This document shows, piece after piece, positions 37,419-49,765 of a stretch of DNA of 64,000 bases. Made by a program: the position numbers and the translations under genes. The stretch's first letter is position 1. Each line of letters starts with the position of its first letter. The stretch covers positions 219,575-283,574 of the forward strand of contig CAZCYO010000003.1 of the NCBI GenBank assembly GCA_964503265.1, given 5' to 3'. The notes below the pieces were generated by a model. That model saw only the letters and a program-made list of their open reading frames with translations, was not told the origin of the DNA and made no database searches. Source of the stretch: an uncultured Gammaproteobacteria bacterium. Lineage in GTDB: Bacteria > Patescibacteriota > Microgenomatia > Levybacterales > UBA12049.

Positions 37419-38024
37419 ATGATAAAAGCAGTAGTATTTGACTTGGGTGGGGTTGTGTTTCAGAATGGAACTAAACTCTTTTTAGAAGAATTATCTAAAC
37501 AGTATAATTTAGGACACGAATTTGTTAATAGTGTGGTAAATGGAAAAGCTGGAGATATGTATCGGGAAGGGAAAATAACGCGTGATGAATTTTGGGAACG
37601 TGTTAGTAAAGAGCTTGGAATTATTGTAAATATTGATGAATTAGAGAGTGCTTGGATAAATAAATATACACTAATTGAAGAAACGAAAGAAATTATTGAT
37701 GAATTAAAAAAAGAATATCGATTATTTTATTTATCAGATAATGTTCGTGAGCGTGTTCAGCAAATAAATACAAAACATAACTTTATTGAGTGGTTTGAGG
37801 GAGGAATTTTTTCTCATGAAGTAGGAGTGAGGAAACCACATCCGGATGTCTATAAAGCTGCAATCCAAAAAATTGGCGTAGACCCAAGTGAGATTGTCTT
37901 TATTGATGATAAAGAAAAAAACCTAAAGCCGGCTGATGAACTAGGTATGAACGCTCTTTTATTCTCGACCCCCCATCAACTTCGTGAAGACTTGATTAAA
38001 CTAGGAGTAATAATTTCATTATGA
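37419..38024 (+). CDS. HAD-superfamily hydrolase (subfamily IA)
   Basis: Motif I VVFDLGGVV, motif III VGVRKP, motif IV FIDDKEKN. Confidence 0.8.
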   Translation: MIKAVVFDLGGVVFQNGTKLFLEELSKQYNLGHEFVNSVVNGKAGDMYREGKITRDEFWERVSKELGIIVNIDELESAWINKYTLIEETKEIIDELKKEYRLFYLSDNVRERVQQINTKHNFIEWFEGGIFSHEVGVRKPHPDVYKAAIQKIGVDPSEIVFIDDKEKNLKPADELGMNALLFSTPHQLREDLIKLGVIISL

Positions 38025-38127
38025 GATTAATCAAACTTCCTCACGATCACCTTTTTATTGAAGCAGGTGAGAAAATACAACATTGTACGTTTATTCCTCT
38101 TGAGGCTGGAGTGACTGTCGAACTCTC

Positions 38128-38736
38128 ATGATTACTACCGCACTTTTTGATATAGATGGTGTTGTGACGAAAAAGAGAAACGAACTGCATAGTAAACGTT
38201 TTGTCAGAGAATATGAGGTACCTAATGAGGAGGTCAAAGCATTTTTTACTAATGAATTCCCTGCTTGCTTAACAGGTGATGCAGATTTAAAGGAAGTACT
38301 TATTCCTCATCTTAAGAAATGGAACTGGAAGGGAAGCGTAGAAGATTTTTTATACTATTGGTTTACGAGTGAACCTGGAACTGACGAACGAGTATTGAAA
38401 GCAATGGAAGTGCTTCGTGATACGAATATCGAAGTATATCTAGCAAGTGAACAAGAAAAATATCGTGCTGCATATTTGCTTAGGTTGGATGGTCTTGTTG
38501 ATAGGGTTGATGGAGCATTCTTTACGAGTATTTTGGGAGTAAGAAAAAATACGAACGAGTTTTATAAGAAGATTCTATCTCGACTACAAGTTCCAGCAGA
38601 TGAAGTGGTTTTTTGGGATGATGACGAACGAAATATTAGCGCTGCGAAAGAAGTAGGCATTACAGCATTTATTTATAAGGATTTTGAAGCGTTTGAAAAG
38701 CAAATGAGGGAAATAATCTCACAAAACCAAAACTAA
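38128..38736 (+). CDS. HAD-superfamily hydrolase, paralog in tandem
   Basis: ALFDIDGVV, GVRKNT, FWDDDERN. Confidence 0.78.
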   Translation: MITTALFDIDGVVTKKRNELHSKRFVREYEVPNEEVKAFFTNEFPACLTGDADLKEVLIPHLKKWNWKGSVEDFLYYWFTSEPGTDERVLKAMEVLRDTNIEVYLASEQEKYRAAYLLRLDGLVDRVDGAFFTSILGVRKNTNEFYKKILSRLQVPADEVVFWDDDERNISAAKEVGITAFIYKDFEAFEKQMREIISQNQN

Positions 38737-39437
38737 TCAATTGTAATTCCAAGAATTTTATCGCCAATTGCCATTTTGTTTACTACATTCATGCCCTCAA
38801 CTACTTCACCAAAATTTGTGTACTGTCCATTAAGCCATGATGCATCTTTTTTTGTGATAAAAAATTGAGAATCATTTTGAACTTTTCCATCTCCTCGACT
38901 GGCGACACCAAGTGATCCGATAACGAAGGGTTTATCATTAAACTCAACCGGCATATTACCACCTCCGCTGCCATCTCCTTTTGGGTCTCCTCCTTGTACA
39001 ACCCAATCTTCGACTCTATGAAATGTCAAATTTTTATAATAGCCGCTTTTTGCTTTTGCGATGAAATTTTTAATAGTATTAGGTGCTTTATCTGTATAGA
39101 AAAGCAGTTTAATAGAACCCCTGGATGTTTGCATGGTTGCAGTTTGGGAGGCTTTCATTGGTGAATCGTCAGTTGGGTTTGGCACGGCTAATTCTTTGGC
39201 TGCTTGTTCTTGAGCTGCTTTTTGTTGAGCTTGTTGTTCAGCCATTTGTTTATTATACGCTTCTTGTTGTGCTTGGAGACTTTGATCTTGTGCTGGTGCG
39301 CCAAATCCTGTTGGGGTTTGTGAAAGCACACTTAACGGATTATTCGATGTCGTTGGGAGAAATTTTTGTGTTGTAAAAAAAATTACTCCGATAACCATAA
39401 TCAAAAAAAGGAGACCAGTGATAGCTTCTTTATGCAT
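38733..39437 (-). CDS. Cyclophilin-type peptidyl-prolyl isomerase, membrane-anchored, with a Q/A-rich linker
   Basis: FHRVEDWVVQGGDPKGDGSGGG...NDSQFFIT...GQYTNFGEVVEGMNVV; ATG start MHKEAITGLLFLIMVIGVIFF. Confidence 0.85.
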   Translation of the reverse strand: MHKEAITGLLFLIMVIGVIFFTTQKFLPTTSNNPLSVLSQTPTGFGAPAQDQSLQAQQEAYNKQMAEQQAQQKAAQEQAAKELAVPNPTDDSPMKASQTATMQTSRGSIKLLFYTDKAPNTIKNFIAKAKSGYYKNLTFHRVEDWVVQGGDPKGDGSGGGNMPVEFNDKPFVIGSLGVASRGDGKVQNDSQFFITKKDASWLNGQYTNFGEVVEGMNVVNKMAIGDKILGITID

Positions 39438-39599
39438 ACCGTATATTTTAGCAGGAAAGTTTGAAAGCACAAGATAAACTGCATATCAGCATACTATTAT
39501 TTAAAAAGTATAACAATGATTTGAAGCTTGTAAACGAATATCACTGTTAGAATAGAGCACTTTTTTGCACTTGGAGCTCAGTTCCGCTAAAATACGCGT

Positions 39600-41330
39600 A
39601 TGGAAATGAAAAATATTAGAAATTTTGCAATTATTGCTCACATTGATCACGGAAAATCAACGCTTTCAGATCGAATGCTTGAAATAACCCAAACGATTGC
39701 GAAGGATAAATTGGGTGAACAGTTTTTAGATCAAAACCCAATTAGTAAAAAACGTGGAATTACAATTAAGCTTGCACCTGTGAGAATGAAATATCACCAT
39801 AATAATGTTGAGTATATGTTAAATTTGATAGATACCCCTGGACACGTAGATTTCTCCTATGAGGTCTCACGAACGCTTGCAGCATGTGAAGGTGCCGTAT
39901 TACTTGTAGATGCAACACAGGGCATCCAGGCCCAAACTGTGGCTCATTTTATGGCAGCAAAAAAGGAAGGACTATCGATGATACCTGTTATTAATAAAAT
40001 TGACTTGCCCGGAGCCCAAACTGAAGCAGTTATTAAGGAGCTGATAGAAGTATTTGGGTTTACTAGAGAGGAAATCCTCTTTATTTCAGCTAAAACTGGA
40101 GAGAATGTACCACTTCTTCTGGAAAAAATAGTTGAAAAAATACCATCCCCTACGGGAAATATAGAAGCTCCACTTCGTGCGCTTGTTTTTGACGCAGTAT
40201 ATGATGAGTATCGTGGTGTTGTTGCATATGTCCGTATTATGGATGGTTCTGTTAAAACTGGTGATACAATCGAGATGATTCAGTCAAAAGCAAAAACTGT
40301 AGTTTCTGATACCGGTTTCTTTTCACCATTTTTGGCGTCTACAGGACATCTTGAAACAGGAGAAATTGGTTTTATTGTAGGAGGTATTAAGGATATTCGC
40401 GAGTGTCGTGTCGGTGATACTATTACGATTTCGGCAAGCGGTGTTACGCCACTTCCTGGATATACTACACCTAAACCGATGATCTTCTTTGGAATGTATC
40501 CAAAATTTGCCGATGATTTTCCTGTTCTTCGTGAGTCACTTGGAAAACTTGAATTAAATGACACAGCGCTAACCTATTCTGAAGAATATTCAGCATACTT
40601 AGGAAGTGGGTTTCGAGTCGGATTTTTAGGTCTTCTTCATGCGGAGATTGTAAAGGAACGTCTTAGCCAAGAATTTGATATAGAACTCCTTCTAACAATG
40701 CCTCAAGTTCTCTACCAAAAAGAAGAGGACGAAAGCATGAAAGAGCCATATATGTTACTGACAATCTATATTCCAACTCAATATGTTGGAGGCGTTATGG
40801 CTGTTTGCCAGAAGCGAAAAGGGAGTATGATTGACCTAGCATATCATGATACTTATGCCACACTTACGTATGAGATGCCATATAGTATGTTTATTCGAGG
40901 TCTATCTGCTGACCTTAAATCAGTTTCAAGTGGCTATGCAAGTATGGATTATGAAATGAGTGGTTATCATCCTGCAGATTTGGTGAATCTTGAAATAAAA
41001 ATTAATGATAATGTAATTGATGTCTTATCAGAACTAGTTTATAAAGATGATGCGATTTATATCGCGCGAGAAAAAGCGGCAAAATTAAAAGATGCGCTTC
41101 CTCGACAGCAATTTAGGCAAATTATTCAAGCTGTTGTCAATGGAAATATCGCAGCTCGTGAAGAAATTACTCCGTATCGAAAAGATGTGTTAGCAAAAAT
41201 GAGTGGGGGAGACAGAACTCGAAAAGATAAATTACTTGAAGCACAGAAAAAAGGAAAAAAGAGAATGATTAATACTGGAAAGGTCCATCTCCCACAAGAG
41301 GCACTATTCTCAATGATTGAAAATCATTAA
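39600..41330 (+). CDS. lepA: Elongation factor 4 (LepA)
   Basis: NFAIIAHIDHGKSTLSDR, DTPGHVDF, LepA C-terminal domain. Confidence 0.93.
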   Translation: MEMKNIRNFAIIAHIDHGKSTLSDRMLEITQTIAKDKLGEQFLDQNPISKKRGITIKLAPVRMKYHHNNVEYMLNLIDTPGHVDFSYEVSRTLAACEGAVLLVDATQGIQAQTVAHFMAAKKEGLSMIPVINKIDLPGAQTEAVIKELIEVFGFTREEILFISAKTGENVPLLLEKIVEKIPSPTGNIEAPLRALVFDAVYDEYRGVVAYVRIMDGSVKTGDTIEMIQSKAKTVVSDTGFFSPFLASTGHLETGEIGFIVGGIKDIRECRVGDTITISASGVTPLPGYTTPKPMIFFGMYPKFADDFPVLRESLGKLELNDTALTYSEEYSAYLGSGFRVGFLGLLHAEIVKERLSQEFDIELLLTMPQVLYQKEEDESMKEPYMLLTIYIPTQYVGGVMAVCQKRKGSMIDLAYHDTYATLTYEMPYSMFIRGLSADLKSVSSGYASMDYEMSGYHPADLVNLEIKINDNVIDVLSELVYKDDAIYIAREKAAKLKDALPRQQFRQIIQAVVNGNIAAREEITPYRKDVLAKMSGGDRTRKDKLLEAQKKGKKRMINTGKVHLPQEALFSMIENH

Positions 41331-41929
41331 AGAGTAACAGACTCTAATCGATAGTTATCTGGTGAATGTACTTCAATGATATAGAGCTCATTATTTGGCG
41401 TTTTTACTTTTCCTACTTCATCATCAGGTAATTTATCAAAGAATTTTTTTACACTGAGAAGTGGACCTTGATGGGAAATAACAAGAATTGTTTTCTTAGA
41501 GTCCTGTAACACTATTTCTTGAAGAAATGATTTCATGCGCGTCTCATATTGAATTGCATAACTTTCACCTGCTATGCCGTTGTATATTCCAGGATACTCA
41601 AAGGTAAATCTATGATCATTTCTTTCTTGAAGGATAGTTTGATCTAACTCTGCTCGAGATTTCCCCTCCCACTCCCCATAACAGATCTCAATTAATCGTT
41701 TGTCTATGGTTGTTGGAATAGTTATGTTATTGGTAGCGATATCATATGTCATTTTTACGCGAGGGAGAGGGCTCAGTATACATGTATCAATAGTTTTTGT
41801 GGTCAGAAACTTCCCTAACTCTTCAGCTTGTAGCCTTCCTGTTTCTGATAGTGGAGTATCTAACCTTCCTTGAAACTGATCAGCGACGTTAGCTTCAGTT
41901 TGACCGTGTCTTGCAAAAATCAGTATCAT
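41327..41929 (-). CDS. Histidine phosphatase (phosphoglycerate-mutase-like) family protein
   Basis: RHGQTEAN...SPLPR...ISHQG. Confidence 0.75.
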   Translation of the reverse strand: MILIFARHGQTEANVADQFQGRLDTPLSETGRLQAEELGKFLTTKTIDTCILSPLPRVKMTYDIATNNITIPTTIDKRLIEICYGEWEGKSRAELDQTILQERNDHRFTFEYPGIYNGIAGESYAIQYETRMKSFLQEIVLQDSKKTILVISHQGPLLSVKKFFDKLPDDEVGKVKTPNNELYIIEVHSPDNYRLESVTL

Positions 41930-41942
41930 GTGTCGTATTATA

Positions 41943-43169
41943 CTATAGAGCGAAGAAGAGAATCAGACCGATGAGACTTATTCCGCCACCAATGGCTCCA
42001 AGTCCTAATAAAAGATTATTTGGTCCTGCGCTTGGAAGCGAAGCAGCAGCTCCGTTACTTGTTCCTTGGGATGTAGTTGTCGTGGTCGACTGACTTGTTC
42101 CGCTTGAGCTTTGTGTTGTAGCTGTTCCAGCTCCTGCTGCGGTTACGGTGATTGTTTGTTGGCAACTCCCCATAGGACTTACCCCGCCTTTATCATCAGT
42201 AAGTATCGCATATGCTTGGTATGTCCCTGGATTATGATAGGTATGAGCTGCTTGAACACTAATAGCATTAGTCCCTATACCTCCACCTGTTGTTACATTT
42301 TCAATGGGTCCATCACCGTATTGGAATGTGACTTGTCCGATGCTCCCATCACTATCTCGGCCAGTTAGCGTAAATGCGATATCATATGGTGCGACTCCAC
42401 TTGTTGCTCTATCGACAGTAAGGCTTAGACACGTTGGTGGTTGGTTTACAATTGCGGTCGGTGATGGATTTGTGACTTGTGATACTGGTGCAATGCTTGG
42501 CGTTGGTGACACAGAAGGCGTTCCGTTAACAGGTGTTGGGGAAACAAGTGGGTTAGTTGTTGGAGATGGAACTATGACTGCATCGGTAATTGTAATATTT
42601 GCAGGAATAAACTGTCCTGTTAATACATTTTCATTAAATGCATCGTTTGATCCTCCGTTTGCACTCCCACCTGCTGAGAATGCTTGGCTTTGTGAACCAA
42701 AGGTAATAAAGGCTGGAGTTCCTGTGGTTGGAGCTAATGCTTTAAAACGTATTGTTGCGACGGTAGTTTTGGTTCGGATAGTCCTTGTTACATCAGTAGC
42801 TGATGATTGGAGCGAAAATACGACTTGTCCGTCTGTGTATGTAGGTCCACGAACAGGGATAGGAAACGCAGTTGAATTAGGTGAGTACGCGTTTGTTGGT
42901 GCTATTTGGAGTTTGCTTTTGTCATAGACAAGCTCAATATTAGTATAGGTAACGAAGTTTTTCCCTGGATCAAGAGAAATAACTGCTGCAAATTCTTCAC
43001 CAACTGCAACAGTAGTTTTTTCTACAGTAACAGTGAGATTAGACGTCTTCTCAGCCCGACTTCGAAGATCTTGTTGCTGTTGGACAAGATAAATTGTACT
43101 TGGGATTCCAATTAAGAGAACAAGGATAAACCCAAAAACGACTAAACTTTTACCGGTTAAAAAACGCAT
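41943..43169 (-). CDS. Cell-surface protein with PKD domain and C-terminal LPSAG sorting signal
   Basis: N-terminal TM/signal; PKD-like FQYGDGPIENVTTGGG...HTYHNPGTYQAYAILTDDKGG; C-terminus LPSAGPNNLLLGLGAIGGGISLIGLILFFAL. Confidence 0.75.
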   Translation of the reverse strand: MRFLTGKSLVVFGFILVLLIGIPSTIYLVQQQQDLRSRAEKTSNLTVTVEKTTVAVGEEFAAVISLDPGKNFVTYTNIELVYDKSKLQIAPTNAYSPNSTAFPIPVRGPTYTDGQVVFSLQSSATDVTRTIRTKTTVATIRFKALAPTTGTPAFITFGSQSQAFSAGGSANGGSNDAFNENVLTGQFIPANITITDAVIVPSPTTNPLVSPTPVNGTPSVSPTPSIAPVSQVTNPSPTAIVNQPPTCLSLTVDRATSGVAPYDIAFTLTGRDSDGSIGQVTFQYGDGPIENVTTGGGIGTNAISVQAAHTYHNPGTYQAYAILTDDKGGVSPMGSCQQTITVTAAGAGTATTQSSSGTSQSTTTTTSQGTSNGAAASLPSAGPNNLLLGLGAIGGGISLIGLILFFAL

Positions 43170-43240
43170 ATATGTCCTTATTATTAATCGTATAGAAGAA
43201 GGAGAGAGGTGTCAAGAAAAAGATATTCTGCTATAGGCTA

Positions 43241-43269
43241 TTGACAAGGGATGGAAGAGATTGTATATT
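43241..43269 (+). promoter_or_regulatory. Sigma70 promoter of groESL
   Basis: TTGACA at 43241-43246, 17-nt spacer, TATATT at 43264-43269. Confidence 0.6.
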
Positions 43270-43297
43270 AGCAGTCGTACTATCTAAGTGATTATAT

Positions 43298-45263
<1,966 letters not shown>

Positions 45264-45303
45264 ATCTAGCATGTAGATGTTAGAAAATAGGAGCTAAAAA
45301 AGT

Positions 45304-45327
45304 GAGTCCGCGAAAGCGGATTTTTTG
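45304..45327 (+). terminator. Intrinsic terminator after groEL
   Basis: TCCGC-GAAA-GCGGA followed by TTTTTT. Confidence 0.7.
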
Positions 45328-45344
45328 ATGGGTAAAATGATCTC

Positions 45345-46073
45345 ATGTATACTGTTACTATGGTTGAAAGTGGTATTTCTCTTAGTTCTCTCATTGACGA
45401 TTCAATAAAAAATAAACTAGCTACAATAACGTCAAATGAACAAGTTGTTCCTGATCGAGGCCCCAGACAAAGCAAAAAGGATGCACCATATGTGGCTGTA
45501 CTCAAAGATAATCCAACCTTGACTGAGGATATTAACTCTACAATGCAAAGACTTATAGAAAAAGGAATACCTATGCCTGTGATTCATATAACAGCAGAAA
45601 AAATGAGACTAGCGGACGGTACAGAAGTTTCAACAGGCTATCGCGAAAGTATTGATACTCAAGGTTTTAGACCGCGTGATACAAATGTTGCAGCGTTTGT
45701 TGAAAGAGGCAACTCAGTTCATCTCGCAAATCCGCAGTACTTTCTACGACATCCATATAAACTTCTAAGAAATATTGCTGAAGTTGTGGAGCATTATAAA
45801 CATCATGGAAGTAGAACGAACAAGGCTAGCTTAGGTGAAAACAGAGAGCAAGGGCGTGGACTACCAGCAATGATGATTATTGACTCCAGGGGTGTTCAAT
45901 TACTAAAAGGAACAGACTATGATGATCATTTTATTCTTCATAATCCTGTACCTGCTACGAACATTCTTGGTTCTATTTCTCTTGACGGAAGAAATACTCA
46001 TAATACGCAAGATCTTAAAGCAATTACAGAAGAGTTTTTGGAAAGTATCGGTAATCAGGAGAAACAATCTTAA
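45345..46073 (+). CDS. Hypothetical protein, no recognisable family
   Basis: 242-aa ORF starting after the groEL terminator; 3' end overlaps murJ convergently. Confidence 0.45.
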   Translation: MYTVTMVESGISLSSLIDDSIKNKLATITSNEQVVPDRGPRQSKKDAPYVAVLKDNPTLTEDINSTMQRLIEKGIPMPVIHITAEKMRLADGTEVSTGYRESIDTQGFRPRDTNVAAFVERGNSVHLANPQYFLRHPYKLLRNIAEVVEHYKHHGSRTNKASLGENREQGRGLPAMMIIDSRGVQLLKGTDYDDHFILHNPVPATNILGSISLDGRNTHNTQDLKAITEEFLESIGNQEKQS

Positions 46074-47731
46074 ATTTTCGTTCCTTCGACTGTTTCGGGG
46101 CCTTTGTAGAATTGTTCGTGGATGGTTGTTACTCTTTTTAACATTGCGAGATATACTCCTGCTTCTTCAATTTTAAGTAACCAACTAAGAAGCAAGTAGA
46201 TAAGAAGGCCAATAGTGCTTGAAATTCCAGTTAGCATGATCAGGTTAACTGTTCTTGTTGTATCAAACACGAGTTGGTCAAGTAGTTTGATCGGGATATA
46301 CAGTGCACATCCTGTGAGTATTGCGCAGATAAGGAATTTTGTAAGTGATTTTACTTCCTGGAATTTATCAAATCCACCAAGTTTTTTATCTAATAAAATA
46401 AGAAGGATAAATAGCTGAAAGATATTTCCGATAGAATAGGCGATCGCTAACCATTCCACCCCGAGGTGATATTGGTTTACAAACACAAATGCTGAAAGAA
46501 GCATGATTACTGTTGATACAACTCCTACAACGAGAGGAATCTTCGTATTGTGAAGTGCGTAGAACGCCCTGAGCGCGAGTGCTGTAAGGGCTTGGGCAAA
46601 GATAGAGATACTAAAAAAAGCGAGTGTTCGCCCGATCATGACTGTTGCATCCCAGTCTACACGTTCTGCTCCATACACTAAACGAACTATTGGTATACGA
46701 AGAACTAAGATCAGAACTGAGATTGGGAGAATAATATAGAGCGTCTGATTAAAGCTGTCTTGGAATGTTCGTTTAAATACTGCTGGATTATCCTTTGCGC
46801 GGGAAAGAACTGGAAAGGCTGCTTGTGCGATTGGTTGACCAAATAGTGTTACTGGGGCAAATGCGAGAGTTTTTGCGAAGTTATAAATGACATTCATACG
46901 TCCCGGATCTGCTAAAAATGAGATGCAGGCTCCGATACTTAATGTTCCAAATTGAAATACTATTAAGGAGAGAGTTCTTGGCCACATCAGTTTACCTATT
47001 TTTTTAACTCCATATGAATGAATATATTTCCAAGTTGGAACAAATGAGAATCCCGTTTTTCGAGCGAGAGGTATTTGAACTGCAACATAAATAATTCCAC
47101 CAATAACTACTCCAATAGGGGCTGAGTAAATACCAAGCAGCGGTGAAAAAATGAGAATGCCGAGGATGATCCCAAAATTATAAAGTGCGAGTGCTATTCC
47201 TGGAATAAAAAAATGATTATATGATTGGAGAAGTGCGGAAAAAAATGTACCGATAATAAAAAATAGTTGTCCGAGAATTAAAATCCGCATAAGATTTGCC
47301 ATGAGAGTAATTTGATCAGGAGAGAATTGAGATCCTAAGTTAAAAATAGAAAGAAAAAATGGAGCAAAGACCGCAAGTATTATTGAGAAAAAAGCGAATA
47401 TCAAAAGACCGAGTGATAGAAGTGTTGATGCCATTTTATGCGCTTCTTCTTCTTCGCCTTTAGACAAATAGTCAGTAAATACAGGGATGAATGCACTTGA
47501 AAGTGCGGCAGCAATGGTGAGTTGGAATAATGTTTCAGGAAGAAGAGAGGAATAATCGTATATACCTAAAACACTTGAAACACCAAAAATCGTGGCTAAA
47601 AGACGTGATTTTACGAGCCCTAAGACATGTGACAGCACCACTGTCGTCATGATAACGAAAGCGGCTGAGAGAATATTCGTTTGTCGTTTCAGGAGAAGAT
47701 CAAGGCTTTTCTTAATGATTTGAGCTGTCAT
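46070..47731 (-). CDS. murJ: Lipid II flippase MurJ (MviN)
   Basis: ~14 TM helices of the MOP-family pattern. The track's GTG at 47767 trimmed to ATG MTAQIIKK at 47731. Confidence 0.85.
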   Translation of the reverse strand: MTAQIIKKSLDLLLKRQTNILSAAFVIMTTVVLSHVLGLVKSRLLATIFGVSSVLGIYDYSSLLPETLFQLTIAAALSSAFIPVFTDYLSKGEEEEAHKMASTLLSLGLLIFAFFSIILAVFAPFFLSIFNLGSQFSPDQITLMANLMRILILGQLFFIIGTFFSALLQSYNHFFIPGIALALYNFGIILGILIFSPLLGIYSAPIGVVIGGIIYVAVQIPLARKTGFSFVPTWKYIHSYGVKKIGKLMWPRTLSLIVFQFGTLSIGACISFLADPGRMNVIYNFAKTLAFAPVTLFGQPIAQAAFPVLSRAKDNPAVFKRTFQDSFNQTLYIILPISVLILVLRIPIVRLVYGAERVDWDATVMIGRTLAFFSISIFAQALTALALRAFYALHNTKIPLVVGVVSTVIMLLSAFVFVNQYHLGVEWLAIAYSIGNIFQLFILLILLDKKLGGFDKFQEVKSLTKFLICAILTGCALYIPIKLLDQLVFDTTRTVNLIMLTGISSTIGLLIYLLLSWLLKIEEAGVYLAMLKRVTTIHEQFYKGPETVEGTKI

Positions 47732-47767
47732 GTTGCGGTTTTTAGTATAGCATGGTAAAATACGCAC

Positions 47768-48154
47768 ATGCCACTATTAAAAAACGCAAAGAAAAAGCTT
47801 CGACAAGATAAAATGAGAACAGAAAAGAACCGTTCTCTTAAAAATCTTTTTCGAGATCTCGTTAAAAAAGCAAAAGCTACTGGTACACCAGAAGCGATTA
47901 GTGCTGCTTTTCAAAGTGTCGATAAAGCAACAAAAAATCATCTCATGCATCCGAATAAAGCAGCAAGAATTAAATCTTCTCTTTCTAAAGTAACTGCAAC
48001 CGATGGTGTTAAAACAGCGACAAAAACACTTCGACAATCAAAAGCGAAAAAGACAGCAGTACGAGTAGCAGCACAAGCATCTAAGAAAACAGTTGTTAAG
48101 AAAAATGCAGCTGCGACTACGACCAAAGCAAAAGCTATCAAAAAGAAAAAATAA
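47768..48154 (+). CDS. rpsT: 30S ribosomal protein S20, with a K/A-rich tail
   Basis: MPLLKNAKKKLRQDKMRTEKNRSLKNLFRDLVKK. Confidence 0.85.
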   Translation: MPLLKNAKKKLRQDKMRTEKNRSLKNLFRDLVKKAKATGTPEAISAAFQSVDKATKNHLMHPNKAARIKSSLSKVTATDGVKTATKTLRQSKAKKTAVRVAAQASKKTVVKKNAAATTTKAKAIKKKK

Positions 48155-48163
48155 GACCAAACT

Positions 48164-49141
48164 ATGACAGCTGTCAGGTCTTCCCTTCCCACTCTTTTTA
48201 TTGAAAAACTCTCAACGTTTTTATCTCCGAAACAAGTAACTACTACTATTCAAGCACTCTCTAAAAGTTCTCTCCCGACGTTTCGTGTTAATACCTTAAA
48301 AGCTGTAAAAGATGCTGTTGTGACTGAATTGAATTCAGCAGGTTTTGAAATTGAAAAACTCCCTTGGTATGGTGATGCATATATATTAAAGAATAAAACA
48401 AAAAGTGACCTACTACAAACATCCTTTGTGAAAGATGGACGTATTTATCTCCAAGGGCTATCAAGTATGATTCCGGTACTAGTACTTGATCCTCACGTTG
48501 ATGAGTACATACTGGACATGGCTGCTGCTCCTGGGAGTAAAACCACACAGATAGCAACACTTATGAAAAACACAGGAGAACTTTCAGCCAACGATAAAAG
48601 TCGTGAAAGATTGTATAAGTTAAAACCACTTCTAGAGAATCAAGGTGTAACAAACACAAAAGTTATTAATGTATCAGGGGAATATCTCTGGAAAAAATTA
48701 CCTGAATACTTTGATAGGGTATTACTTGACGCTCCGTGTAGTATGGAAGGACGCTTTTTAGCCACAGAACCTAAGTCATATGAAGATTGGTCACCTAAGA
48801 AAGTAAAAATGCTTAGTAGTATCCAGAAATATATGCTTCGTTCAGCGATTAGTTGCACAAAAGTTGGAGGGATTATCGTCTATTCTACCTGCACACTCTC
48901 GCCAGAAGAGAACGAAGAAGTAGTTGACTGGATTTTAGAGAAAGAAGATGGAAATGTCGAACTGGAAAAGATTTCGCTCAAAGAATTGAATTTTATGCCA
49001 GGGATATCCAAGTGGAAAACGAAAGTATTTAATGAAGAAGTTGCAAAAACGATGAGAATTTTACCAAGTGAGGCGATGGAAGGGTTTTATGTAGCGAAAT
49101 TTAGAAAAGTCCGATCTAATTTATCTGGAATGAATATATGA
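48164..49141 (+). CDS. rRNA cytosine-C5 methyltransferase (RsmB/RsmF, NOL1/NOP2/Sun family)
   Basis: ILDMAAAPGSKTT, FDRVLLDAPCSMEG, GGIIVYSTCT. Confidence 0.85.
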   Translation: MTAVRSSLPTLFIEKLSTFLSPKQVTTTIQALSKSSLPTFRVNTLKAVKDAVVTELNSAGFEIEKLPWYGDAYILKNKTKSDLLQTSFVKDGRIYLQGLSSMIPVLVLDPHVDEYILDMAAAPGSKTTQIATLMKNTGELSANDKSRERLYKLKPLLENQGVTNTKVINVSGEYLWKKLPEYFDRVLLDAPCSMEGRFLATEPKSYEDWSPKKVKMLSSIQKYMLRSAISCTKVGGIIVYSTCTLSPEENEEVVDWILEKEDGNVELEKISLKELNFMPGISKWKTKVFNEEVAKTMRILPSEAMEGFYVAKFRKVRSNLSGMNI

Positions 49142-49660
49142 TAATACTCCTTTATAGGCTTTCTCTCTAATTGTGTTAAATGAAGGATTAGTTTCTTTGA
49201 TTTCAGCATATGTTTTATCACTTCCATATGGTTGAAAAATCGGATTCCATCCAAATCCAGCTTTTCCTCGTGGTTTGACTACTATTCCCTTATCGTAACC
49301 TTCAGAATAAAATATTTCTCCATGATTGTTTACATATCCGACATGGATTGTAACAGTTGCATTTTGCTGTCCTAATTTCTCAGCAAGATTTGCAAGTCCT
49401 TCTGCTCCTATAGTTTCGAGGAACCATTTAATAAAAGGTCCCGGGAGTCCGTTAATGCATTCCATAGAAAATGATACGTCTTCCACAATAAATTCGCCTT
49501 CATGATGTTTTCGTGCTTCATGAAGTTTTGCTTCAATTACTTTCTTCGGATTAATCTCTTGAATTTCAGGTAAATCGATATCTAATTGTATTGCCTCAGG
49601 GAGTATGTATTTTATATGTTCAAATTTATTTTTATTCCCAGTAATTACGTAGAGTGGCAT
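49121..49660 (-). CDS. rdgB: Non-canonical purine NTP pyrophosphatase (RdgB/Ham1)
   Basis: VITGNKNK, GLPGPFIKWF, GFGWNPIFQP. Confidence 0.88.
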   Translation of the reverse strand: MPLYVITGNKNKFEHIKYILPEAIQLDIDLPEIQEINPKKVIEAKLHEARKHHEGEFIVEDVSFSMECINGLPGPFIKWFLETIGAEGLANLAEKLGQQNATVTIHVGYVNNHGEIFYSEGYDKGIVVKPRGKAGFGWNPIFQPYGSDKTYAEIKETNPSFNTIREKAYKGVLSYIHSR

Positions 49661-49765
49661 ATGGACGATTATATCATTATCAGATTGAGATTCATTCGAC
49701 TCTTCTAGAAAGGATCATAAAATATAAGCTTGCTGAGCTTCGTGAAACGCGATATAATCCACTGT

